A stretch of 64,000 nucleotides of DNA, from positions 81,978 to 145,977 of IMG/VR virus record IMGVR_UViG_3300028591_000005. One strand, 5' to 3'. This document shows, one piece after another, positions 10,689 to 20,342 of the stretch. The notes beneath the pieces were generated by a model, which saw only the letters and a list, made by a program, of their open reading frames with translations, did no database searches and was not told where the DNA came from. This DNA is from a virus. Its lineage: Duplodnaviria; Caudoviricetes. Positions within the stretch are counted from its first letter, which is position 1. The number at the start of each line of letters is the position of its first letter. Made by a program: the position numbers and the translations under genes.

Positions 10689-10850
10689 TAGTTTCTCCTT
10701 CTGTAAGAAGCTTCTCATTTATTCTACTATTATTATAACAAAATTTTTATAAAATGTCAAGTTGTTTGAACGTAGACTTCTCTAAAATTGAAAAGAAGAT
10801 TTTGACAATAAAAAAATGCTGCACAGATTTAACTCTGTGCAGCATATTAA

Positions 10851-11090
10851 TTATTCTTCGTCGCCTCTAACCGCATCGAATGTTTTTTCAATCATATCAT
10901 TATATTTCTTTTTAGATACAGAAACAAATGAAGTAAGAAGAGTTTCAATTGCAGCTAAGGTTGCAATTAATTGCTCACCATATGGAATATTCCAAATATT
11001 AATAATTGCTGTAATAAAAATTACAATAGGCCCAATGTAACGAGCAATAAACTTAAGTACATCATACACTTTACTATTTTCAAATATCAT
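10851..11090 (-). CDS. holin (Dp-1-like)
   Basis: 79 aa, two hydrophobic segments, KVYDVLK start, adjacent to the endolysin. Confidence 0.8.
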   Translation of the reverse strand: MIFENSKVYDVLKFIARYIGPIVIFITAIINIWNIPYGEQLIATLAAIETLLTSFVSVSKKKYNDMIEKTFDAVRGDEE

Positions 11091-12439
11091 TAGGGTGCTC
11101 CTTTCCGGCCTTCAGCCTTTCCAAACATTATATAATGTGCATAATACATTTCTCTATTATCACCAAAAGCAGCTACAATATCAGGATATGCATTGGAATA
11201 ATAAACAGGATCAAATTCAGCAGAACCTTGCCTAAATTCTTTCATTCCATTATTTTGAAAATGTAACCAAAGTGCATTAATATCATTTCCAAAAGCAGCT
11301 TTTAAATCTGCATAATGATCTGAATAAAATGCAGGATCAAAAACCGGACTATAATCATATCCATTAATAATGAAACCAGTAGGAGTTTCAAGCTGCTGAT
11401 TGACTGCAAGTGCAATATTAGGCATACACATCATCAGGAAGTTGCCAGGACATGCTTTAGATGCAAACCATCTATGAACAGCCATATTTTGAAGTGAAGC
11501 ATTTCCTACAAGTTTTGGATTATTAGACCATAAAAGTTTAGGTATTCCGTTTCTCTTACAGATATCCGCACAAAGATTAATAATAGAAGTCATTGCTTGA
11601 GAGGATACATACCAGTCAGGTCCGAGAGTTGTATTACTTACTTCTATTGTTATTGAGCGATGGTCATAATCTGAACCTGTCCAACCATTGCATGTTTTAT
11701 CTCCACCTGTTGTCCATGCTCTATATTTCTCAGGAACATACTGCCAAATTTCTCCATTAGAAGAAATTCCATAATGTGAAGATGCTCCGCGCTTAGGATT
11801 AGCAAAAAGTTGACCGCATCTTTTTGCATCATAAGTACCTGCCATACAATGAATAATAATTGTATCAATTTTGTATTTACGTTGTGCAGTGTAGTTAGGT
11901 GACCACATAACACCAGTTACTAATTTACTATCAGCTACCATTGTGCCTCCTTGATCATATTTTGTTAAATTCCATTTATCTATTACAGCCATTAAATTAT
12001 CTACATAATTAATAGAAGTTGCATAACCGCTATTTTTTAATGCTTGTAAGTATTCTCTCGGAGTTGTTGCAGTTTTTGCTGCATTATATTTACCACTATC
12101 AATAAATTGATAATATCCTTGAACTCCAGTGTGCATATCTAAAAATTGGAACCATTTTGTAGTTATTGTATAATAACTTCCATCAGGTCTTTGTTCTGCG
12201 GAAGTTTCTGTGAAAAAGCCTGAATTACAAGTTACTCTATTTTCTTTATATTTAAGTCCAAAATAATTATTTCTGTCATTATGAAGACCTTTATCAGAAG
12301 TAACTTTATTAGATGTGCCATACCCAGATTCAAGACAAGCTTGAGCAATAATTGCAGAAGCTACACCCCAACCTAAATAATCTCTCCACGCAACCACATG
12401 AGGAGCTATTGAGTTAATAAAATCTTCTTGTTTACTCAT
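11090..12439 (-). CDS. endolysin: glucosaminidase (GH73) + Amidase_2 + C-terminal binding repeats
   Basis: IAQACLESGYG, NYFGLK, GYATS; IIIHCMA..ASSHY..SITIE..HRWF..KACPG; FDPxxYSxxYxD repeats. Confidence 0.9.
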   Translation of the reverse strand: MSKQEDFINSIAPHVVAWRDYLGWGVASAIIAQACLESGYGTSNKVTSDKGLHNDRNNYFGLKYKENRVTCNSGFFTETSAEQRPDGSYYTITTKWFQFLDMHTGVQGYYQFIDSGKYNAAKTATTPREYLQALKNSGYATSINYVDNLMAVIDKWNLTKYDQGGTMVADSKLVTGVMWSPNYTAQRKYKIDTIIIHCMAGTYDAKRCGQLFANPKRGASSHYGISSNGEIWQYVPEKYRAWTTGGDKTCNGWTGSDYDHRSITIEVSNTTLGPDWYVSSQAMTSIINLCADICKRNGIPKLLWSNNPKLVGNASLQNMAVHRWFASKACPGNFLMMCMPNIALAVNQQLETPTGFIINGYDYSPVFDPAFYSDHYADLKAAFGNDINALWLHFQNNGMKEFRQGSAEFDPVYYSNAYPDIVAAFGDNREMYYAHYIMFGKAEGRKGAP

Positions 12440-12461
12440 TTTACCTCCTGTTCCACGACAA

Positions 12462-12486
12462 ATAGCCTTGCTTTCGCAAGGCTATA
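12462..12486. terminator. hairpin terminator
   Basis: ATAGCCTTGC/GCAAGGCTAT inverted repeat after the pilin-like gene. Confidence 0.6.
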
Positions 12487-12509
12487 AGTCAGTTTATTAT
12501 TAAATTTAT

Positions 12510-14909
12510 TTATTTCTTAATATAAATATAACCAGATGATAAACCATTAAGTTCTGTTAAATTATACCAACTATGTCTTACTGTACTACCGACAGTACCA
12601 CAATGTGAACCAACTTCTCCTTCATTTGTTACTTGAAGCTGATCAAAATATGTTTTAAAACAGATTCTATATAATTTACCACTTTCAAATCTACTACTTC
12701 CATGAAGAACAATTTTCTCAACTCTTACTCCTGGGTCAGGATAATTATTTTCATTATAGTTAGCAATAGTATAGGTTTTACCATCAGATAACCTAACTTG
12801 AGAGACTTCAGGATGCCAATCTCCAGTTACGCTAAATGCACTTTCTTCAAAAGCATCATATTGAACATCAAATTTAGTAGAGGCAGTCTCATTGGTATAT
12901 GATTCCCATGTATATCCACCATGACCATTAGGTGTTCCTATTTCATATGTAAGTCCAATTTTAACAGATTTTGGATCGAATCCTTCAAAATATGTATAAA
13001 ATACCATTTCAGAGCCATTAAAAATATAAGGACTTCCCATACTATAAGCACTATTTTCAAATATGTATGTATTTGAATTAATTCTTTCTTGTCTAAGATT
13101 AAGAATAGCGCCAGTTACTTCGGGAATATAGCCAGTTGAGCAAGTATTAATGCCTACATCAACGATTGCATTTAAATTTGAATCCCATACATCTAATTGA
13201 AGTTTTATATCATAGAACTTATCTAAGTCAAAAATGGAGGCTTCATCTTTAACCATTTTGACCATTTCATAATCACCAATATTACCAAAGTTAGGGCAAG
13301 TACCAACAACATATGAATGCCATGTACTTTCTCCTCTAGCTCTATAATAAAGAGTAGTCCAATATGATAACATAGGTTCTTGGTCTGCAGAATCTACATG
13401 ATAACCTTTATTTTCAAGAGCCGTTTTAAGTGCGGCGATGAACTCAGGAGTCATTTTACCAAGCCTAAATGCTTCAGTACCTCTACGAAAACCGCCACCG
13501 TCGATAATGAATGGAGGAGGTGATGGAGGTGCAGCAGTAATTTTTATAACATCCCAATTAATATCTTGTCCTTGATAATCATAATATGACCAATTTTCAA
13601 TTTCATAGGGATGATTTCTAAGTCTATTATTACCAACAGTAGGACAATGATAAGAAAGATTGTTATCTGATAAATCACCTTGGTGAGTACTTACCGTAAT
13701 AACATATAAATCTTGTGTAATATCTTGTGCTAAGGTTACTTGAACACTAGGTATACCAGTAGTTATTTCAAAAGCATTAACATATGCGGATGCATCTGTT
13801 CCATCTGCAAATCTATAGTAATATTTTACAGTAGAAGCATCTACAAAAAATGTATCATATGCTGCTCCTAATACTCTAGGATATGTATGATCTCCAAGGC
13901 TAACAAGAACAGATTGATATGCGGTTCCCGCACGACCTTGAGCACCACCATTTGAAATAAAACTAGAATCAAGTGTTGAAATACCAATACCTGATAATGT
14001 AGTAAATTTACATTCTAAAGCACGTCTAACATTAATAGTTAAAGTTTTTGTATCAACTAAATATGAAACAATACCAGTAGCAGGATCTGTTACAGATTTA
14101 ACAGCTTTAAATGTATATGTTTGATTAACTTTTGCCTTATCAAATGCTTCACAAGTAATAGGGAAGATATTTGTACCATTATCTATATATGTGCATTTTA
14201 CGTCTCCACCAGCAGGACCAGTCATTGAGAAGGTTGTATTAGATGGATCAAAGTTATAAACCGTAGCATTGAATGTAAATGAAGCTCCATTTGCATTATT
14301 TTGACCTGGCTCAAGAAATACCTCATAATTAGTACTTCCTCTTGTTGGAGGTATATCAAATACTATAATAGGTGCAGCACTATTAACACCTACAGCATCT
14401 GCTATAAAATTACGATTTCTTGAAGTAGCTGCGGTAACTGCATGATAAGTTCTTTCATTTACATCGAAATCAATAGATATGTCTACAGTTCGATTATTTT
14501 TAAAATTTGAATAAAATTTTACACCTGTAACATTAGATGCTAAAATTCCATTTCCTATTGTATCTCCCGTATTTGATTTTGCAAGATACATAAGGTTTCC
14601 ATCAAGTTTATACACATTTACAGTAATAATTCTACCATCTTCATAATGTGTAATCTCTAGAGTTTCAGATTCACCCTCATCAGGAGTTACTGCTTCTGCA
14701 TCTATTAACCAATCGCATATAAGGTTAGATGCAAGTTGTGCTTCCTCTTGTACATTTACTTCAGCGCTATTTCGAGTATAGCTTCTTGAAGTGACATACA
14801 TTGCACCGCTTATTGCTATTCCAACCGTAGCAAAAATAGCCATAGATACAATTAATTCAATAAGTGACATTCCTCTAATATTATGAATTAATCCTTTTAT
14901 CTTTTTCAT
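12510..14909 (-). CDS. large type IV prepilin-like protein
   Basis: Basic leader then G|MSLIELIVSMAIFATVGIAI class III signal peptide with E5; about 750 aa beta-rich extracellular-like remainder. Confidence 0.8.
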   Translation of the reverse strand: MKKIKGLIHNIRGMSLIELIVSMAIFATVGIAISGAMYVTSRSYTRNSAEVNVQEEAQLASNLICDWLIDAEAVTPDEGESETLEITHYEDGRIITVNVYKLDGNLMYLAKSNTGDTIGNGILASNVTGVKFYSNFKNNRTVDISIDFDVNERTYHAVTAATSRNRNFIADAVGVNSAAPIIVFDIPPTRGSTNYEVFLEPGQNNANGASFTFNATVYNFDPSNTTFSMTGPAGGDVKCTYIDNGTNIFPITCEAFDKAKVNQTYTFKAVKSVTDPATGIVSYLVDTKTLTINVRRALECKFTTLSGIGISTLDSSFISNGGAQGRAGTAYQSVLVSLGDHTYPRVLGAAYDTFFVDASTVKYYYRFADGTDASAYVNAFEITTGIPSVQVTLAQDITQDLYVITVSTHQGDLSDNNLSYHCPTVGNNRLRNHPYEIENWSYYDYQGQDINWDVIKITAAPPSPPPFIIDGGGFRRGTEAFRLGKMTPEFIAALKTALENKGYHVDSADQEPMLSYWTTLYYRARGESTWHSYVVGTCPNFGNIGDYEMVKMVKDEASIFDLDKFYDIKLQLDVWDSNLNAIVDVGINTCSTGYIPEVTGAILNLRQERINSNTYIFENSAYSMGSPYIFNGSEMVFYTYFEGFDPKSVKIGLTYEIGTPNGHGGYTWESYTNETASTKFDVQYDAFEESAFSVTGDWHPEVSQVRLSDGKTYTIANYNENNYPDPGVRVEKIVLHGSSRFESGKLYRICFKTYFDQLQVTNEGEVGSHCGTVGSTVRHSWYNLTELNGLSSGYIYIKK

Positions 14910-14928
14910 GTTCAACTCCTTTATTTAA

Positions 14929-16191
14929 TTATAATTTTTGTGCTAACTTTGCAATCTCCGATCTATAAATATTTTCAAGTCTTACTTCTCCATAGAAAGG
15001 AGCGCCTTTAAATATTTCACTAACTCGTTTCATACCATTATGAGAACCAGCATATAAAGCCATATCAACTTGTGCATCATCATCACCATCAATGATACAT
15101 ATACTGTCTTCTCCAATACGTTGAAGAGCTAATCTCATAAGTTCAACATCAAGATTTTGAGCTTCTGAGATATAAATTGCGGCATTCATTCCAGTAGTAT
15201 CATAACCACGGATATCGCTCATTGGAAGAAGAATTAACTTTCCATCAGCAATTAATCTTTCTACTTCAACTCTATCACCAAGTTTACTTTCAAGAAGATT
15301 TCCAATTTGAGAATCAAGAAGTTTCTCGGTGCGGGAGCCAGGATAGAAACCTAATTTAGCTGAACCTCTGGTAGCAACAGTATTACAGAAAATAATTATT
15401 TTGTCAATTTCACCATGTTCTAGAAGTGAGAACATATGGCCGAAAGCCAAGTAACTTTTACCGGTTCCCGCATGACCTTTAAGCATAGTAATCTGATTAC
15501 TATTTAAACTATCTAAAGCAAGTTGCTGATAAGGATCGCCATTCTTTGGTACTATTTTACCAAACATTTTTGATTCAGCCTTTTGGAAAGTTATAGGTTG
15601 ATATACTCCATTTTTCCATTTATATTTATCTACTACTTTACCATCAGGAGTTTTTATAATAATATATTGATTTTCTAATAATTCAAATTTATTTTCATTA
15701 TCAGCATAAGAAATATAAAAATCCGCTAAATCTTCTTCAGATAAAATTAATTCTTTAACTCCAGTGTACTCTTCTTTTGTTGAGGCCTGCGATGGACTAG
15801 TTTGAAGACCTAATGTTTTAGCAATTAGCCTACAAACAATATCATCACTAACAAAAAGAATTTCCATATTTAATGTTTTTTGGCAATTAAAAGCAGATAG
15901 TATGATTCTTGAATCATTATTTTTAATTAAATTATATTTATTTAAATCTTCTTCAATTTCATTATTATAAAGATAAATTTTAAATTTATCTTTATTTTCT
16001 TCAGCATTTAATAATTGACTAAGTTTTCTTGCCTTTACTTTAATTTCTTCATCTTTTGTATATGAATTTTTAATTTCTTCAAGTTCATTAATTGATATAC
16101 TTGAAATAACAAATTCATTTTCAAAAATAGCCTGTTGCAATTCCAACAGGCTACAGGTATCATAAAACTTTATCATATAAAAGTTATCCAC
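14929..16191 (-). CDS. phoH: PIN-domain PhoH-family ATPase
   Basis: N-terminal YDT..INELE..NDSRI..VSDD PIN residues; GHAGTGKS, LGFYPG, IRG, SEAQN, GDDDAQVD, RSEIA. Confidence 0.9.
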   Translation of the reverse strand: MDNFYMIKFYDTCSLLELQQAIFENEFVISSISINELEEIKNSYTKDEEIKVKARKLSQLLNAEENKDKFKIYLYNNEIEEDLNKYNLIKNNDSRIILSAFNCQKTLNMEILFVSDDIVCRLIAKTLGLQTSPSQASTKEEYTGVKELILSEEDLADFYISYADNENKFELLENQYIIIKTPDGKVVDKYKWKNGVYQPITFQKAESKMFGKIVPKNGDPYQQLALDSLNSNQITMLKGHAGTGKSYLAFGHMFSLLEHGEIDKIIIFCNTVATRGSAKLGFYPGSRTEKLLDSQIGNLLESKLGDRVEVERLIADGKLILLPMSDIRGYDTTGMNAAIYISEAQNLDVELMRLALQRIGEDSICIIDGDDDAQVDMALYAGSHNGMKRVSEIFKGAPFYGEVRLENIYRSEIAKLAQKL

Positions 16192-16243
16192 CTTTCATAG
16201 AAATATTTTAATTCAAGAATATTTCATTTTTATTTAGAATATA

Positions 16244-16657
16244 TTAACTTTTCTTGTCTTTTAAAATCTGATTTGTCTTCTCAAGAGCCTTGAGTCTTGC
16301 TTTAATAGTTTTCTTAACTATATTTATATCTTCTTCGATAGCTTTAAGATTCTTAAGCCTGCGATTAAGTTGACGATACATAGCCTTAGCAGTTCCATCT
16401 TCTTTATTGAAATTTTTATACTGTTCAACTATAGCAATAAACTTCTGTATTTCTTCAATTTTTCTTTTCTCTATTTTATATTCATATTTAAGAGCTTTAA
16501 GAGTTGCTCTCAGCTCTGCAAACTTACAACCGATATAATCAGACCAAGTATCATCAGAATGACAAACAGCAAATCCTGCAAATTCTTTTCCTTTATGCTC
16601 AATTATAACCTCAGACATTCGTATTTCTTTATATACACGACTATCAATAAATTTCAT
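16244..16657 (-). CDS. hypothetical coiled-coil phage protein
   Basis: 137 aa ORF in operon context. Confidence 0.7.
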   Translation of the reverse strand: MKFIDSRVYKEIRMSEVIIEHKGKEFAGFAVCHSDDTWSDYIGCKFAELRATLKALKYEYKIEKRKIEEIQKFIAIVEQYKNFNKEDGTAKAMYRQLNRRLKNLKAIEEDINIVKKTIKARLKALEKTNQILKDKKS

Positions 16658-16669
16658 ATTATTTCCTTT

Positions 16670-17557
16670 CTATATATCTTCTATTTTAGAAAAAATATAT
16701 TCTTCATTTATCTGTTCTTTTTCTAAATAAGAAAATCTTATTAAATGAATATTATTATTTTTACAATATTCATTTTTTATTTTATCTTTATTTTGACGAT
16801 TTTTTAAACCTATTTCTCCTCCCCAATAAGGTATCTCTTTAAAATGTTGTTCTCCATCATATTCAATGCAAATATTATAATCAGGAAGATAAAAATCAAA
16901 TCGTAAATTTTTATTATCTTTACAATCATTAAATATTTTTTCTTTAATATAAGAAATATTTAAATTTTGTAAAATTTTTTCAATTTTACTATTCATAATT
17001 GAATTTAAACATCCACATGATTGAACTCTATTATGAGTTAAAGCATAACTAGAAACAATTTTTGTTCCTCCACATTCACATTCACACAACCATAAAGTTC
17101 CTTCATGATTAGATTCGTTTAATTGTTTCAATACAGTTAATTTTCCAAATTTTTGATTTACTAAATTTTGTTTTGGTATAAATCTACTTTCTCTTTGTAA
17201 ACATCCACAAGATTTAGTATGTCCAGTTCTTAAATCATGAGATGATTTATAACAAATATTACCACAATCACACAAACATTTCCAAATAATTGAAGAACCA
17301 GATCTTTTTAATGTGGGTTCTAAAACAATAAGTCGTTCAAAACGTTGATTAGTTAAATCTATCATATTATTTTGTCTTCTACTACAAGATAAACATTTAG
17401 TAATTGTTCCATTTCTTAGTTCTTTTCCTTGAACAATTCTAAAATTACCACATGTACATTGACATTTCCACATGGCATGACCATCTTTTGAATTTTCTAC
17501 TCTTTCTAATACTGTTAAAGAACCAAAAGTTTGACCTGTTATATCTATAACTTTCAT
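16670..17557 (-). CDS. free-standing homing endonuclease-like protein
   Basis: Three GxxFGxL..WxCxCxCG repeats; LRFDFYLP..IEYDGEQHF. Confidence 0.8.
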   Translation of the reverse strand: MKVIDITGQTFGSLTVLERVENSKDGHAMWKCQCTCGNFRIVQGKELRNGTITKCLSCSRRQNNMIDLTNQRFERLIVLEPTLKRSGSSIIWKCLCDCGNICYKSSHDLRTGHTKSCGCLQRESRFIPKQNLVNQKFGKLTVLKQLNESNHEGTLWLCECECGGTKIVSSYALTHNRVQSCGCLNSIMNSKIEKILQNLNISYIKEKIFNDCKDNKNLRFDFYLPDYNICIEYDGEQHFKEIPYWGGEIGLKNRQNKDKIKNEYCKNNNIHLIRFSYLEKEQINEEYIFSKIEDI

Positions 17558-17623
17558 ATTAAATCTCCTTTAAAATATATTTTTCTATTAAATATTAATT
17601 TTAGAAGAGATAAATTAATGATG

Positions 17624-18184
17624 CTAAACCGGTTGACTATTATAATATTTTTTAATTTCATTAATAATATCATCTATTAACCAAAGATGCATATTATTTG
17701 TATCTAATTCGACATGAAATATTATTCCTTTATCCATATCACAAAATTTATTTTTATCATGTCGATGTCCACATAAATTAATTATTTTTGCTTTTAGAGG
17801 TTTATCGTCATCATAATTACTTGTTAAACAAGGATAATGAGATAAATAAAAATGATATTGATTATATTGAAAAAATTGACCTTCAGTTATTTCAACTATA
17901 TTATAACAAGTATTATATAAATTCATACGGACGTCGCTATCATGATTTCCTCTAACTACATGAATATTTCCTTTAAGCTGTTTAATAAGACGAATACCTT
18001 CTTCATTATTGTTAAGCATTAAATCTCCAAGACAATAAACATGGTCATCAGGTTCAACAACAGAATTCCAATTATAGAGAATTGCATTATTCATTTCATA
18101 AACAGAATTAAATCCACGAGGTTCATATATAAATGGTTTATTATGGAATAAATGGAGGTCGCTCGTAATCCATATATCAGACAT
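17624..18184 (-). CDS. calcineurin-like metallophosphoesterase
   Basis: SDLHLFH, LGDL, GNHD, SHYP, GHRH motifs. Confidence 0.9.
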   Translation of the reverse strand: MSDIWITSDLHLFHNKPFIYEPRGFNSVYEMNNAILYNWNSVVEPDDHVYCLGDLMLNNNEEGIRLIKQLKGNIHVVRGNHDSDVRMNLYNTCYNIVEITEGQFFQYNQYHFYLSHYPCLTSNYDDDKPLKAKIINLCGHRHDKNKFCDMDKGIIFHVELDTNNMHLWLIDDIINEIKKYYNSQPV

Positions 18185-18689
18185 TATTATTCTCCTTAAT
18201 TACAATTTCACCATTTGAATATATTACAATAATTTTATCAAAACCCTCATCAAAACTGGGATTTCTAAAATGTTCATACATATTTTCAATTACATCACGA
18301 GGAACGTATGAACGAGTATTTTTTCTTTTTTCATTCTGACGAATACAGGTATCTACTCCATTGCGGAGAACAACAGCAATAACTTCACAATCTTTCAAAC
18401 TATCCCCTAATTTGCGGAGAAGCTTGGTACGAGATCCTGAATTGATATGCGTAGCATCAGCAATGGTGGCTTCCGCATTTTTTAATCCATCTTTTATTTC
18501 ATCAATAAATTTATTAAATACTTCAGTTTCATGCGAGAAGTATTCTTCATCTTCTTTTACTATTGAGAAACGAATATCATCTCTAGATACATATTTCACA
18601 TCGTCGCCGAACATAGTAAGATGATTCTTGCAGAACGTGCTTTTGCCTGTTCCTGGCACTCCACAAATAACGTACAGTTTATTCTTCAT
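18177..18689 (-). CDS. P-loop kinase, polynucleotide kinase-like (AAA_33)
   Basis: GVPGTGKS Walker A, SRDDIR, DATH, RQNEKR lid. Confidence 0.85.
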   Translation of the reverse strand: MKNKLYVICGVPGTGKSTFCKNHLTMFGDDVKYVSRDDIRFSIVKEDEEYFSHETEVFNKFIDEIKDGLKNAEATIADATHINSGSRTKLLRKLGDSLKDCEVIAVVLRNGVDTCIRQNEKRKNTRSYVPRDVIENMYEHFRNPSFDEGFDKIIVIYSNGEIVIKENNNV

Positions 18690-18978
18690 AGATATCAACA
18701 CCTTCTCTCATAAGCTTATCTCTAAGTTGACCATAGGTCATTTTTCTTTGCTGATTTTCGTCAAAATTTCCATATTTAAATTCAATTTGGAAATCTTCTT
18801 TTGTATATTTTGAACCAACTATACATTCAGCATGATTAGTTTCCGCATTACATTTAAGACACCAAAGTTTTTTCAAGTGTCCTGCTCCACGTTCTTTACC
18901 TGTCTGACGAACAACAGGAATACCTTTGCATCCACATTTACAGCAATAAAATTCCTCACCTACAATCAATTTTCCCAT
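18679..18978 (-). CDS. Zn-ribbon hypothetical protein
   Basis: CCKCG and HLKKLWCLKC motifs. Confidence 0.7.
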   Translation of the reverse strand: MGKLIVGEEFYCCKCGCKGIPVVRQTGKERGAGHLKKLWCLKCNAETNHAECIVGSKYTKEDFQIEFKYGNFDENQQRKMTYGQLRDKLMREGVDIYEE

Positions 18979-19178
18979 TAATAAATATCTCCTAATTTAT
19001 TATAAATAGTTGCTCTTAAAGAATTAATATCATTAGAATTTATTCCAAGTGTTTCAGCAGCTTCATCAAGAATTGTTAATGCAAAAGCGAGTCTCATAAC
19101 AGGATTAAAACTCATTATTTTAGTATACATCGCTTCAAAATCATTGAAATATTTTTCTTCAAATTCTTCATAAGTCAT
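18978..19178 (-). CDS. hypothetical protein
   Basis: 66 aa, RBS and promoter upstream. Confidence 0.6.
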   Translation of the reverse strand: MTYEEFEEKYFNDFEAMYTKIMSFNPVMRLAFALTILDEAAETLGINSNDINSLRATIYNKLGDIY

Positions 19179-19299
19179 AATAATATACTCCTTTTTAAAT
19201 AAAATCTTTTTTACTATATATACATTATATAATATTTTTTAAAAAAAGTCAAAAAAGAGCGGCGGTCCAGTCCAAAGAGTCTTGAACCGAGGCCGCCGC

Positions 19300-19527
19300 T
19301 TACATATATTGCTGTATAAATTCTTTAAATTTAATAGCATCTTCGGGATATTCAACTGATATTCCTTGAGATACATCAATTGACATATTACCCATTAATG
19401 ATTTACCATCTACTTTATAAGCTCCTCTTGATACAATTACATCACCATCTACAAAAGAAGCCTGTTGAGTAAATTTGATAATATCATTAATTCCTTGTAA
19501 CGTAATAAAACTTTTAATCATTCCCAT
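19300..19527 (-). CDS. HPr-family phosphocarrier-like protein lacking His15
   Basis: VDGKSLMG matches the HPr Ser46 motif; no histidine in the protein. Confidence 0.75.
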   Translation of the reverse strand: MGMIKSFITLQGINDIIKFTQQASFVDGDVIVSRGAYKVDGKSLMGNMSIDVSQGISVEYPEDAIKFKEFIQQYM

Positions 19528-19552
19528 ATTCTCTTTCCTTTCTTTTGTTTAC

Positions 19553-20239
19553 TTATTCTAACAGCAAACCTCCCCATTGCTCGGCTATAGCTTTAGCAAT
19601 ACCAGGAAAAGTTTTACTTCTTAATTTACTTCTTTCTTCTTTTGATAATTTCCATGCATCAGCATACCATGCCGGCATAGTTTTACCTGAAGCAAACTCT
19701 TTTCTTGCAGGAGGTTCTACTTGATTGGTAGGAGTTAATTTGGGTAAATTCTTCATCCATAAGCAAGTTTTCTTTTCAAAAGGATCACCGAACATATAAG
19801 GCTGAATAATCTGATCAGGTTTGCGGTAATGAGAATTCATATAACCAATAGGATTCTCAATTGCAATTTTATCACAATCCGCATTAACAAAAGCCATAAA
19901 GAATTCTGCTGCTTCTTCTCTATCTTTAATTCTTTTAAGTGCTTTTTCACCATATTTTTCTACATTAAACCAGCGATTACCAGTTACTGTAAGATAGGTA
20001 CATGGCGGATGTGCTATAATTAAATCCCATTTTCCTTCAATTGAATGTTCAGTACCATCAGCAGTAGTAAAGGTACAGTCACCATTTAATAGCGGCAATA
20101 CATCAGACTTAATATGCCATTCAGGATGACCGCCTGAACAATCTATAATATCGCAACTGTATGCTTCCAAACCCAATGCCCGCATTTCAGTTGCTACTGC
20201 TTGTGATTCTTCACATGCTATTAATACATTTTTACCCAT
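19553..20239 (-). CDS. DNA cytosine methyltransferase-like protein (short form)
   Basis: VLIACEESQ SAM-binding variant, DLIIAHPPCTYL (motif IV PC), IAIENP (motif VI). Confidence 0.8.
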   Translation of the reverse strand: MGKNVLIACEESQAVATEMRALGLEAYSCDIIDCSGGHPEWHIKSDVLPLLNGDCTFTTADGTEHSIEGKWDLIIAHPPCTYLTVTGNRWFNVEKYGEKALKRIKDREEAAEFFMAFVNADCDKIAIENPIGYMNSHYRKPDQIIQPYMFGDPFEKKTCLWMKNLPKLTPTNQVEPPARKEFASGKTMPAWYADAWKLSKEERSKLRSKTFPGIAKAIAEQWGGLLLE

Positions 20240-20342
20240 ATAATCTCCTTTTGTTTCATATCACTAATAGGGATAGAAAATAATCTATCCCTATTAGAAT
20301 ATTTAAGTTTTATTTTGGAACATTTTATATCATTTGACCTTA

